64,000 nt of DNA from positions 1 to 64,000 of the forward strand of contig RHPI01000585.1 of assembly GCA_009103225.1 (NCBI GenBank). The letters are read 5' to 3'. Positions 49,331 to 60,991 of the stretch are shown here, in pieces; positions within the stretch are counted from its first letter, which is position 1, and the number at the start of each line of letters is the position of its first letter. A program made the translations under genes and the position numbers. Under the pieces are notes generated by a model, which had not been told where the DNA came from, searched no databases, and saw only the letters and a program-made list of their open reading frames with translations. Source of the DNA: Chlorokybus atmophyticus (Eukaryota > Plantae > Mesostigma and Chlorokybus algae).

Positions 49331-50412
49331 GCTGACTGCTTGTGCTTATGTGTACATGCTCAAACAGGCGCTTGTGAAGCAGCTAATCGCAGAGGCCAGC
49401 GAACAGTCACCCGACAAGCATGTGCACTTCAACGCCTCCCTAAATTAGGCAGTGCGTTTTTACAAACGCCACGATCTTGTCGTGCGTGCTCGCACGACAA
49501 GATCGTGGGTGCTCGCACGAAGGTGGGCCAGAGAGCACCTGCTCAGCAAGCAGAGATTATGACATCCTTTAGGTTGTTTGTTGATGGCATGCGGAAGAAG
49601 AACAAATACACTATGCAACAGGTGCATTTTGTAGAGTAATTGCTTGCTTGATTAACCACAAACAAGCAATCAAATGATAATCATAAACTTTGTGGCAGAT
49701 TATCAACATGGATGAGGTGCCGATGGTGTTTGACATGCTGTCGTTAAAGACTTTGCATCAGTGAGGCGCATGAACTGTACCCATGACAACGACCGATCAT
49801 GAGAAGGCGAGCTTTACCCTTGTTCTATCAGTTTGTGATGATGGTTCCAAGCTGCCTCCGTCGCAAATTTTACACGATGACTGATTAAGGACTGAGGGAC
49901 TGACTGGTGCCTGAGCCTGCCTGTCGTTGCCTGAAATACTACTTGTGGACCATTGGGTTTGCCGTTGGCTTAAATGGACTAACGCAGACGGCCGCGGGCC
50001 GAAAGTGGTTGTCAGTGGCACTAACCGGCCAAGAGTTGTCAACCAGTTACCCTTTGGTCGGATGTGCACAGACGGCCGTTAGCCGGTAGTTACGGACAGC
50101 TGACAGCAATAGCCGGCAGTTTCTTTGCCGTTACACTGCTGTTAATATGTGACCCTTGCCGTTTGGCAAAAGTTGGCAATTCTTGTCATAAGCCAACACT
50201 AACATGCCATGCAGCTTGTACAAACCTTGTACTGATTGTTTGGTCTTGCACCTATAAGCCCACAATATATACAATGTACCGGCAGTGGTGAGAGTATGTC
50301 CACTTGCAACTGAGCAGCCGACTTGCGCATGAAACTACCCTATAACATTGAGTCTAGCTGTCGGACTCATGCGCAGCTTGTCAACCCGTGGTGCCTGCCT
50401 CAGAACTCCTCC

Positions 50413-51258
50413 TCAAACCCCCTCCTCCTGTTCCTCCTCCGACAAGTCTTCTGCTTTAACAACGGAGTCATCTTCATCCGCTGCCGCGCTCGCTGACAGT
50501 ACAGCGGCTACTTCGTCCTTCAGCTTGAATGTCAGCGCCTCGCCGTGCACGCGCATGCGCTTGATGGTCGCTATGAGAGTGACCACCTGCATTTGGTAAT
50601 GCTGTAAGAGTGGCGTTACGGTAACTGAGGACTAGCCCATCAGCATACACATGCTTACCTCGTCTTTCGCTTTGTTGCACTCCGCCAGACAGTCAGCCTG
50701 CCGCGCTGCTCTCGGTTCACTCTAACCAACATGGCAATCTGCAAGCATACTGCTTAATTACCGCTAGAAACATTAAACTAGGTCATGGATTACCCGTTCG
50801 TGGTACTCCGCAGCTTCTCTTTTGCGACTTGTGAGCTCCCGCAAGTAGAAATAGGCTGTGCATTTGCGAGATTGGTCATGCTGTTCATGTGCATGACACT
50901 GGAGGTTGTGCATGAGGGTGTGCATGTGGTATTGACAGTGTATGTCAAGTGCAAGATACTTGAGGCTGTGCATGTGCAAGATAAAAGAACCCTAGCATGT
51001 GGCATTGACAGTGCATCGTAACCCACCTTGGTTATGCCAGTCTTGTTTGGTCCCTTCAATCATGTTGCCGTGGTCGCAGCTGCTTGTGGGTCGGATTTTC
51101 TTAGAGGCAGTATTGTGGTGTGCCTTTCCCCACTCAGAGGGGGAGCCCTGTAAGATATCGCCCAAGTCACTGTTGTCATTGGCTGTGCCCTTGGTAGGCA
51201 TGGTGGGGTTTGACACCGAGGACACCCCTCCGGCACCCTGCCCGCCCTGTGCGAACAT
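50413..51258 (-). CDS. Spliced gene of unknown function, divergent from the Plavaka transposase
   Basis: Exon chain ...AYFYLRELTSRKREAAEYHER|SEPRAARQADCLAECNKAKDE|VVTLIATIKRMRVHGEALTFKLKDEVAAVL...EDLSEEEQEEGV*. The 5' part is uncertain (n at 51259). Confidence 0.45.
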
Positions 51259-51463
51259 NAAACATGGAATTCATCTCGGACCTCGACCACAACGCCCACT
51301 ACGCCCCTGGCAGCGCCGCCAACAATCCTCCAAACGCCACATACCCTCGGCATCACGCCCCTGTAATAGCAAAGCTTGGCGGAGCTATCAATGGTGTTTT
51401 CATGTGCAGGGGGACTGACATTGCCAGAGTTGTCAATGGTACGCACTGCCATTGCCACTGTAC

Positions 51464-51607
51464 AAAGGTACCATTTCGATGGTACCTTTTAACAAAGGCA
51501 TCTTCGTACCATTGAAATGGTTCAATCAGTATATATATATATATATATATCTACAGAGACTCACCCTGGACGTGCAATGGCTCGATCGTACCATAATAAT
51601 GGTACGA
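51464..51607. promoter_or_regulatory. GTACCAT-N-ATGGTAC palindrome cluster
   Basis: aaaggtaccat-ttcg-atggtaccttt (51464-51489), tcgtaccatt-gaa-atggttc (~51504) and tcgtaccat-aata-atggtacga (51586-51607). Confidence 0.7.
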
Positions 51608-52980
51608 CGGAGCTAGTGAATGGCGGCCAAGTTTCCCGCATCTGGCATGCAAGGGTAGCGGGGGCGGTGGCGGTGGCGGCGGCGGCGGCGGGTGTGCGTG
51701 TTGCTGGATATGATGCAGATTACATTGGCGACACCTGTGTCAACGTTAGTAGTAACATATGGGAGTCCTTTGTCCGTATTGCCACATGCGCTTCGCCACA
51801 CGCAGCTTGGTCTACATGCACATTATTAGCAGCAGGGTGTGCAAGCAGATCAAGCTGTATGTCGGCCAGCGTCCATTACAATACGATGCGGGTCATGTTG
51901 AACCGGGGAGTCCGATCCAAGATGCGCACATGCTTGATGCTGAAGAATTCCTCCAGGAGACACACGCACAGCAGCAACAGGAGGAGGAGGAAGTGAACGA
52001 GGGCTTTCGATGTGTGCGTGTGCCTAAGAAACCTGTGGCACGCCAACATGGAAGTGGAGGCGTCCCTTCGCACGCGTCGGAATCCAGGTGGTATGGCTCG
52101 GCGCATGCTCTTGCAGTGGCATTCGTGCAGTGCAACAACGGCCAAGGCCTGTCGGCCTCCGACATGGGGCGGATTATCAAGTGCATCCGAAATGCACACT
52201 TCCTGACGGAAGAGCTCCGGTGGGAGACCGGTGTGCATGTGGCCAGCTACCTCCGGACCACAATTGCTTTCTCTTAGTCTGAGGTGTGTTCACGGTGTGC
52301 GGTGCATGTGCTTCAACCATCAGAGCCATGTCACATATGCACATGCGAGTGTGCTGCCGTATCAGAACTACGTGACGGCTGCGCAAGCCTGGAGACCCTG
52401 AGGATCAGGACATCAGCGTTACATATATGCCGGCCAAGGTCTGTGAAATGCAGTACCTAATGCAATATCGATGCAGTATATATTCTGAGGCCAGCATAGT
52501 AAGCAATGCTCTTGGTCGGAGCAGGTATGGCTCGCGCGGTTGTATGGCAATCCACATGCCGCAAATGGCTTCAATCTCCAGTACAGTGGTGACGAGCACA
52601 GCTTTGGCCATCCTTTCACGGGCGATTGGTGGAAGGATGTGGAGGTGGATTTGAGGAGAGAGGTGGGGGAAGCGTCCTACTTGGCGCCTGCCATTCTGTA
52701 CAGTGACAAGACCACGCTGGACAGCGCGTGCAAGCGCTCTGGCTACCCTCTGATGGCATCGCTTGCCAACTACAGTTGGGACATGTATGCTAGCAACATG
52801 GGGGTTGTTATGATAGCGCTTCTGCCGGATGTTCACGCAGTGGCAGAGCATCCCACCTGGGCGCAGGGCAAGGAATCGTTCTCCACTCGGAAACGTGAGA
52901 TTCTTCATGACGCTTTGAATGTAGTGTTAGGGGATGTGAAGCGGGCGAGTTGGGAAGGTTTATAGCTCATCGACCCGAAT

Positions 52981-55900
52981 TGTGGAAGGACTAGCATGCA
53001 CATGTAGCTGAGGCAAGCATAGACACACAGAGACAGAGCTACCGCCACCAGAGCATACACAAGTCACATCAAATTCATCTATTACAAGTTGTCCGCTGGT
53101 TCTTATACCAGCCAGTTACACACACGTCTACGTTTGCAAGCACTGCGTAAGCTATACTTAGCCTTTTGACACGCTTTAAGCTGCGTTGTCTTCCTTGCAA
53201 TCAGAGCTTTCCAACAAGCTCTTACACGCCTAATATGAGTAAGTATACGCGGAGATACGAAGCAGTTAGTAAGGCTCCAGTCTGGAGTCCGGAGTCTGGT
53301 CCGACAACGCCATCTTGCTAAGTCCGGACCTAGTGCTCATCCTTACGACCTTCTACTCCTGTGTGGAGGGTCGATGCTGATCGTATGTAGGAATGACTCT
53401 CAACACTCCCACGCGAGCAGCTTGACCTCCAACGCTTGCTCCTGTAGTCAAACACAAATGCCAAGTCCTGCGCAACAAGTCTTGAACTTGAGCGGTGTCA
53501 ATGGCTTTGTCATGAAGTCCGCCAGCATGCCCTCAGTGTTGCAGTACTGGAACTCCACCTCCTTCCTAGTGACTCTGTCACGCACAAAGTGATGCATGAC
53601 ATCAATGTGCTTCGTCCTTGCCGAGGCAATAGGGTGCTTCAACAACTTGATGGCTCCTTGGTTGTCACAGTTGATGACGATGCACGCCATGGGGTGCTCC
53701 AAGTTTGCCATGAGCTTACGAAGCCAGAGCGCCTCCTTCACTGCTGCTGCTGCTGCCATGTACTCAGCCTCTGATGTAGATGCTGCTGTTGTTGGCTGCA
53801 GCCTGCTGTTTCAGCTCACCACGCCTCCGTTCAGCTTGAAGACGTAGCCTGTAGTGGACCTCCTGCTGTTGAGGTCACCAGCAAAGTCCTAGTCGCAGTA
53901 GCCCTCCAACTCAATGCTCCCGCTCCCAAACTTGATGCCAACTGTTGCGCTCCCAGCAACATAGCGTAGTACTCCCTTTGCTGCTCTCCAGTGCTCCATG
54001 CTCGGTGCAGACATGTAGCGAGCAAGTACTCCCACAGCATGTGCAACATCGGGACGTGTGCACACTGCCAGATAGAGCATGCTGCCTACCAGCTCAACAT
54101 ATGGATACTGAGCCTTGTTGAGTACCTCCTCATCCTTTGCCTTGATGAGGGCAGTGCCAAGTGCCAACGGTGTGGTCTTGGTCTTCGCTTCAGTGAGCCC
54201 AAACTTGGTGACGAGTCTTCTCACCATTTGCTCCTGACTGATCTTGATTGTGCGTGCAGCCCTGTCGCGCTCAATCACCATGCCAAGGAACCACTTGGCC
54301 TCTCCAAGATCACGAACTAAGAATGCTTGCTGTAGAGCAAGTTTCGTCTCCTGCAGGTGGTGCACCTGCCTGGCGGTGATGATGATATCATCAACATATA
54401 TGAGCAGCCCGACCTTGTTGTCTGCATGGATGAAGAGCCCAGGGTCTGCAGAGGATGCGGTGAAGCCAAGTGCCTCCAGCTCCTTGGTGAGCTTGATGTG
54501 CCACATACGCGGTGCCTGTCGCAGCCCGTACAGTGCCTTGATCAGCTTGCACGCTGTGCCTCTCTCCCCTTCTTCATATCCAGGTGGTTGCTCGATGAAG
54601 ATCTCCTCCTCCAGCTCTCCGTAGAGGAAGGCAGTCTTCACATCCAGGTGATGCAGCTCTAGGTCTTCAGCAGCAACCATAGCTAGCAGTGCACGGAAGG
54701 TGGTATGCTTACTTGCAGGTGCAAACACTTCGTTGAAGTCCACACCTTCCTGCTGCAAGAAGCCCTTTGCCACCAGTCTTGCCTTGTAGCGCTCAATGTT
54801 GCCCTGACCATCACGCTTCACCTTGAAGACCCATTTCACTGGAATGGTCTTCACTCCTTGCGGTAACTGCTCCAGTGAAGTGTTGTTGGCATGGAGTGAC
54901 GCAATCTCCTCGTCCATAGCACGCTGCCATTGCTCCGCATCTGGTGCTAACAATGCCTCCTCGTAGGTGCTTGGCTCCTCATTTTGCACACTGGCGACGT
55001 GTGCCTTGTGTAGGAAGTCAGGTGCCTTTCTCTCCCTCACTGGGTATCTCCGAGCTGCGTGCTCCTGCTGCAGGTGCGGCTCCTTCTGGCCTGCTACAAC
55101 TGGATCTCGCTCACCCTTGTTGTTGATGATTGCCTCGCCCTCAGCCTCCACTGTTTTAAGATGCTCCTGTGGCTGTACTTCATCGTCATTTCCCGGACAG
55201 AAGCCTGCTTCTGGTTGTGATAATCCCTCATGGAAAACCACCTCTCTGCTCACGATGATCTTCTGAGTGTCCTCGAGCAAGATCCTGTAAGCCTTGGAAC
55301 CTGGTTTATAGCCAACGAAGATGCCCTTCTTGCTAACCGGCTCCAGCTTGTGCCTGAGCTGTTTAGGCACTAGTGCATATGCCGTGCATCCAAACACACG
55401 CATACCACTCACATCTGGTGTGGCTCCATAGAAGTGCTCCCACGGAGTCTTCTGCTCTGAGCTCACCTGAGACCTGTTGCGGATGTAGTTGGCAGTGAGT
55501 ACCGCCTCCTTCCACAAACTGTCTTCCATCTTTGTGTCGTTGAGCATGGCTCGAACACGCTCCAAGAGTGTCCTATTGAGGCGTTCAGCTGCTCCATTCT
55601 GCTGCGGGGTGTAGGGTGCCGTTGTCTCGTGGCGTATGCCCTTGCTGGCGAAGAACTCCTTCAACTCCTTGTTGATGTACTCCCCTCCTCGATCACTCCT
55701 CATTGCCTTCATCTTGTTGCCAGACTGGGTCTCCAACAAGGCCACGACTGTGCGCACAGCTCCAGCAACTTCTGACTTGAGCGTCAATGGAAAGATGATG
55801 GACAGCTTGCTGTAGTCGTCGAGGAATGTAGCAAAGTACCTGGCCCCTCCCTTCGCCACAATGCGCATAGGGCCACAGACATCTATGTGCACAAGCTCGC

Positions 55901-57894
55901 AAGGATGCTGACTGCTAGAGTAGGATGATGGGAATGGCATAGCATGCTGCTTTGCAACCAGGTATGGTTCAGAAAGTGCACCTGATGCAATCTTGAGTTC
56001 TTCTTCTGTGCTGAGATGGATGCCCTTGACCATCCGCTCAGCGACAAGGCGAGTGAGGTTGACGTAGCTGAGATGCCCAAACCTTCGATGCCACAATGTT
56101 GGCGACTCCTTGTCCTTCACCACCATGGCTTGAATGTCAATGTCTTGAGTGCTGCTCCACGTGGTAGAGCCCTCCCGGATCAGCGATTCCAACCATGTGC
56201 ACGACCCCATCAAGGATGACTGAGCAGCCACCCTTCCGAAATAGGATCTCCGCGCCTAAGCGCTCCGCAACCCTCACAGAGAATAGACTCGCAATAGCCT
56301 TAGGAACATGCAGGACGTTGCGTAACAACACCTCGCGTAGTGTGTTACCAACCTTGCACTGGAGTCGTACATTGCCAACTCCCTCAGCCACCAATACTTC
56401 GCCACCGAAGCCCGCCACCTTGATTGTGGACGTCAGCTTCCTGTAGCCCTTCATCACCTCCTTGTTTGGTGTGAGATGACGATCGCAGCCAGAGTCCACC
56501 ACCCAGAAAGCTGTGCCCGCCCTCGAACTGGATGCAGTGAAGGCGACATGTTTCTCCTTGTGTTGGTGCTCGTTGCCGCTGTTGCTGGTGCTTGCTCTAG
56601 GTTGCCCCTGTTGTTTCTTCTTACAGTCCTTCACAATGTGCCCCTTCCAACCACACCAGTGGCATGTGAGGTCTTTGTGACGAGGATTGCCTGGCTTGTT
56701 GCCCTTGTACTTCTCTTCATGGTTGCTCTTCTTCCCGTGCTTGTTGGTGTAGAAGGCCACGGCATCAGCTTGCTCGTCCTTCTTCATCACCCTCTGCTCC
56801 ACGATAAGCAGCTTCGGTAGTACATCGTCCAGCGTCAGCTCCGATGACGATGTCTCCAGCAGTGTTGCAACGACCTCGTACTCTGCTGGTAGCCCTGCAA
56901 CAACAGCCAGCACAACCTCCGTCTCCCCCATGTTGTGGCCGACGATGATGAGGTCCGCCCACAGCTCTCTCGCGCGCGCAAAATACTTTGTGATGGGTTC
57001 TGCTGCCTTCTTCCTGAGTGCGCTCAGATGCTTGCGTAGCTGCAATTTTCTGGCGTTGTTCTTGGCTCTGAAAACGGCTGATAGCTTTTCCCAAGCTTGT
57101 CTACCATCTTCACATGCAGTGAGCATGGGAAAGTGATGCGGTTTGCTGTTCAACACAAGCAAAGAGTGTGCTTCTGCTGAATGCTCTGACCACACAGTGT
57201 TCGCTCCTGGTGTTGGTGGTGGTGCCTTCGGAGCAACGTACTTCCACACCTTCTTGTGGATGAGCAAGGCCTTCACCTCCACGCACCATGTGTTGTAGTT
57301 GTCGGTGTCCAGCTTTGCAATCTGCCCCTTGTCGTAAGTCGCCTCCATTTCTGTCGAGCCTGCCTTTCTTGCAGTTGACACCCAAGGCTCTGCTACTAAC
57401 AAGCTACCGTCGTGTAGAACTACTATGCACACAAGCTAGTCTCACACTCCTCAAGCGTAGTGTGGGCCCATAACCTGTTGAAGGACTAGCATGCACATGT
57501 AGCTGAGGCAAGCATAGACAAACAGAGCTACCGCCACCAGAGCATACACAAGTCACATCAAATTCATCTATTACAAGTTGTCCGCTGGTTCTTATACCAA
57601 CCAGTTACACACACGTCTACGTTTGCAAGCACTGCGTAAGCTATACTTAGCCTTTTGACACGCTTTAAGCTGCGTTGTCTTCCTTGCAACCAGAGCTTTC
57701 CAACAAGCTCTTACACGCCTAATATGAGTAAGTATACGCGGAGATACGAAGCAGTTAGTAAGGCTCCAGTCTGGAGTCCGGAGTCTGGTCCGACAACGCC
57801 ATCTTGCTAAGTCCGGACCTAGTGCTCATCCTTACGACCTTCTACTCCTGTGTGGAGGGTCGATGCTGATCGTATGTAGGAATGACTCTCAACA
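52981..57894 (-). mobile_element. Complete Ty1/Copia LTR retrotransposon (Copia-A)
   Basis: LTRs 52981-53405 and 57476-57894 (4 substitutions + one 6-bp indel); TSD cgaat at 52976-52980 and 57895-57899; PBS GGTTATGGGCCC at 57464-57475 (minus); PPT next to 53406. Confidence 0.97.
53448..57348 (-). pseudogene. Copia gag-pol polyprotein, disrupted
   Basis: CHWCGWKGHIVKDC; WVVDSGCDRH; LWHRRFGH; VHIDVCGP; SDRGGEY; QQNGAAERLNR; YKARLVAKGF; LDVKTAFL; YVDDII; RTKHIDVMHHFVRD. Frameshift near 56150; stops at 53889 and ~53815. Confidence 0.95.
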
Positions 57895-59066
57895 CGAATG
57901 GCATCGAGCGTCGTGTGTTTCCTGCGCTTGCCAACTACATCAGCGATTTGCAGGTAGTGGGCATGAATGGTTGTAACCGGATGCAGCCTGCCAGCAAATA
58001 GTGCATGGAGGATGTTGTCAGTAGAACGTCTGAGTTTGTTGTGTTGTAGGAGACTGCCACACTCGCACGCACTGTGTCGGGCAACCAAACACGACATCCT
58101 TGCGATGTTTGTCTCGTCATCAAATCAGATCTGTTAAAGATGAATGAGGACCGGGAATTGACAACCGTGGCCTTCTACACACCAGCAATACGTCAGCTGC
58201 GGGCGGACCTGCATAGCGGTGTTAGGAATGCATGCCAGGCAGCCAAGGCTTTCAAAGAGCAGCAATCCATGCATGTCGAGGAGGTAATGGTCAAATTATC
58301 GGCATTCGAGGATGAATGGCTTTCTGTAAAACCAGGCAATGTGGTTTGGCAACAGAATGCACTGTGGGGTTGGCGACAGTCGCGTTTGCCGGGAGCTGAC
58401 TGCTACTCTCGTCTTGCCCCTGACGCAATGCATGTGCTGGGAGGCATCATTAACCACCTGCTTGCTGCTGTGTACGACGCCGCGAAGGAACGAATGCGTC
58501 CATCCACGAGACAGATTCTGCAGGCCAGGCACGTCGTTGGTGTTGCTTTTATGTTGAACACAAAAGCCAACGACACGTGCTCACAAGCAGATGTGCACAG
58601 GCTGAATGCATGCAAGGCGACTCTGCGGGTTTCGCACTTCAAGGCACCCACAAGCATAGTAGATTTTTTTTCCTGTCCGACCACTCCTTTCAGGTGGTGG
58701 AGAAAGTGGCGGTGCTGCAGCTGCTGCCGGTCCTCGCAGACGGTTTGCTGCTCGACAGTGAGGGCAACGATTTCTTTACCATTGCTGCCGCATCGCTTGC
58801 CAAGTGGAACAAGAAGTTGCTCAAGGCGCATGGACACACAAGAGAGACCCTGACCGCAGCCGACAATAAGCTGGCTGCCTTCAAAGCTGCAATGTTGCAT
58901 CCGCTACTATCGTCATATTCTGCACAGAAGTCAATCGAGAAGATGCATCAGCTCACTCATTTTGGGCCGGCAATTGTCAGCAGTGGACACTCAGATTGGT
59001 TCAGCGCCAACCGCATGGATAGACGCACGCCCAAATATCAAACGGTGGGCGCGTGGTGGCAACAAC

Positions 59067-59215
59067 TGTTGACTAGAGATGCTGCATGCAACCATGCACA
59101 ACAAGCATACACAGCACAATGGTAAGAGCAGAGCTACACCGCCAGAGATACTGACCAAAGAGTAAACTTACTTAATAACCCGCGGCCTGTCGACTCTGGG
59201 CCCTCAGTCTGGGTC
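59067..59215. mobile_element. Start of a second, related Copia-like LTR (Copia-B), interrupted by Gypsy-2
   Basis: Begins tgttga where the Plavaka reading ends; shares caagcata, cagagcta..ccgcc..agag and agtctgg motifs with the Copia-A LTR. Confidence 0.5.
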
Positions 59216-59944
59216 TGTAACAGCCTGGGGCATTTTTTGTATTTTATTGTACATAAAGTACTTATTTTGCCTTTTTTGCTGGCTTGATGAGGGCTTTTAT
59301 GAGCTTTATTAAGCCCATGTGGCGCCTGCCCCTGCTGCCGCGCGCAACTCGCCTGCGACCTGCTCGACAGCAGCTAATTCGGCGACGTGACCCACCTGCC
59401 ACGCGGTTGTGACACAGCCGCTGACTGGACACGCGCTGTGCAGTGCCAGGTGACGCGGACTGCACAGTCACACAGCCGCCGAAGGCCCAACGCGCGTGGC
59501 GGGGAGCCTGCACTTGGACCTGCCTTTAGATTTGGTAGTGAATAATGAAATGCCTGTTAATTAGGCTATTTCTTCCTAGTGCTTGTATAAATAGAAAAAC
59601 CCTGTGTAATGCAACCAACTTTGTTTTCTGCTCTCTGCTGTGAGTATGCTGGTGCATGCTTGAGGGAGTTGTGGTCCAAGGCACACTGCTGCGTTCTTGC
59701 TTGGCGTGAGAAGTAGTAGTGTTCGTGTGCGTGGGCGCGCTCGACGCGTGCGTGCGTGCGCGAGTGAAGGCAAGGTTCCGGTGTGAAGATTGTGCTCAGC
59801 TGCACACATGTGTTGTATGACTTGTGTGCTGTGTATGTGAGCACGAGCATCGTTACAGTGGTATCGGAGCCCTTGGAGGGGTTGGGTTTCTTGTTTTAAG
59901 GGGATATTAACTATCTCTTTGGTGTGTGAGGTATTTTTCTGTTT

Positions 59945-60991
59945 ATGGACGCTACCATGGATGATGCACGTGTTGTGGAGCTTCAGCAAGTGCTGGTAGC
60001 TGCTCATGAGGAGCTGCAACGTGTCCAAGCATCTGCCCAAGCTCAAGCGGCACAATTTCAACAAGCCATGGCGCAAGCGCGCGCGTCCACGCCCGTTACA
60101 GCTCCTGTGGTTGCCCCATCAGCCTCTCGTCATGTGAAGCTACCAAAACCAAAGCCATTCAAGGGTCAGAGGGACGGTGACTGTGTGGAGGAATGGGTGT
60201 TTGCCGTTTCGACATGGTTAAAGCTCACCGAGGTACCTATACATCTCCGTGTCGATGTGGCTGCTACTTTCTTTGAGGGAGCTGCACTTGTGTGGTGGCG
60301 TCATCGTTGTGCTCGTGTGGAAGCTGGTCTTGAGGTTCCTTTCACTACCGTGGCTGAGCTGGCTGCTGAGGTGAAGAAACAGTTCGTACCGGTGGAGAGT
60401 GTGAAGACGGCACGCGACCAGCTCTCTACGCTTGTGCAAACGCAGTCCGTGATGGCCTATACCTCTGCGTTTCAGCGTCTTGTGCTCTCTGTACCGAACA
60501 TGACTGAGGAGGAGCAGCTGGACCGCTACACGCGCGGGTTGAAGACTCTTTGTCGCAAGGAAGTTGAGCTTCGTGACGCCAAGACTCTCGCGGAGGCCAT
60601 TCGCATTGCTGAGCGCACGGACGTGTTGTACTTCAAGGGGGCTGCCAAAAACACTGATCGTGGACATTACAATCACTTCCGTGGAGGTTCGTATCGCTCA
60701 TACGCATCTGTTGGGGCTGGTTCGGGAGCTGCAGCAGCTCAGGGGGCTGGCTTGGGACCAACTCCAATGGAATTGGGTGCGCTCCATGTTGCTATGAAGG
60801 CCCCAAAGGGTCGGGAGGCTGCCAAGGCTGTTCGGAAGTGCTGGGAGTGCTCTTCTGCTGATCACGTGCGCTCCAACTGCCCTATCTATAAGGCAAAGTC
60901 TGCTGCACATGCCCGCAACGCTCGCAGCGGTGGACGCGTGAACATGGTGGAGGAGGAGATGTTGCAGCCGGGAAACGGCTCACCTCAGTAG
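59945..60991 (+). CDS. gag: Gypsy-2 gag
   Basis: KPKPFKGQRDG; TARDQLSTLVQTQSVMAYTSAF; PTPMELGA; CWECSSADHVRSNC. Confidence 0.95.
   Translation: MDATMDDARVVELQQVLVAAHEELQRVQASAQAQAAQFQQAMAQARASTPVTAPVVAPSASRHVKLPKPKPFKGQRDGDCVEEWVFAVSTWLKLTEVPIHLRVDVAATFFEGAALVWWRHRCARVEAGLEVPFTTVAELAAEVKKQFVPVESVKTARDQLSTLVQTQSVMAYTSAFQRLVLSVPNMTEEEQLDRYTRGLKTLCRKEVELRDAKTLAEAIRIAERTDVLYFKGAAKNTDRGHYNHFRGGSYRSYASVGAGSGAAAAQGAGLGPTPMELGALHVAMKAPKGREAAKAVRKCWECSSADHVRSNCPIYKAKSAAHARNARSGGRVNMVEEEMLQPGNGSPQ

Larger units (their letters stand above)
47282..49870 (+). mobile_element. pogo/Tigger-like transposon, copy 2 (related to 19590-22753), truncated in the DDE domain
   Basis: TIR tcgtatttacccgatgacagtcccccc after TA; same poly-Ala exon and HTH (YQKSIREWIKQG); IINMDEVPMVFDML...TDHEKASFTLVLSVCDDGSKLPP, then an abrupt break. 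Confidence 0.85.
51759..59066 (+). pseudogene. Plavaka-type transposase, intron-containing, split by Copia at 52981-57894
   Basis: Zn finger CPYC...H...C; LYGNPH; HPFTGDWWKDV; APAILYSDKT; YPLMASLAN; ILHDAL; DP|NGIERRVFPALANYISDLQE (joins across the Copia TSD); HPCDVCLV; APDAMHVLGG; KMHQLTHFGPAI...G...FS. In-frame TAG at 52963. Confidence 0.85.
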
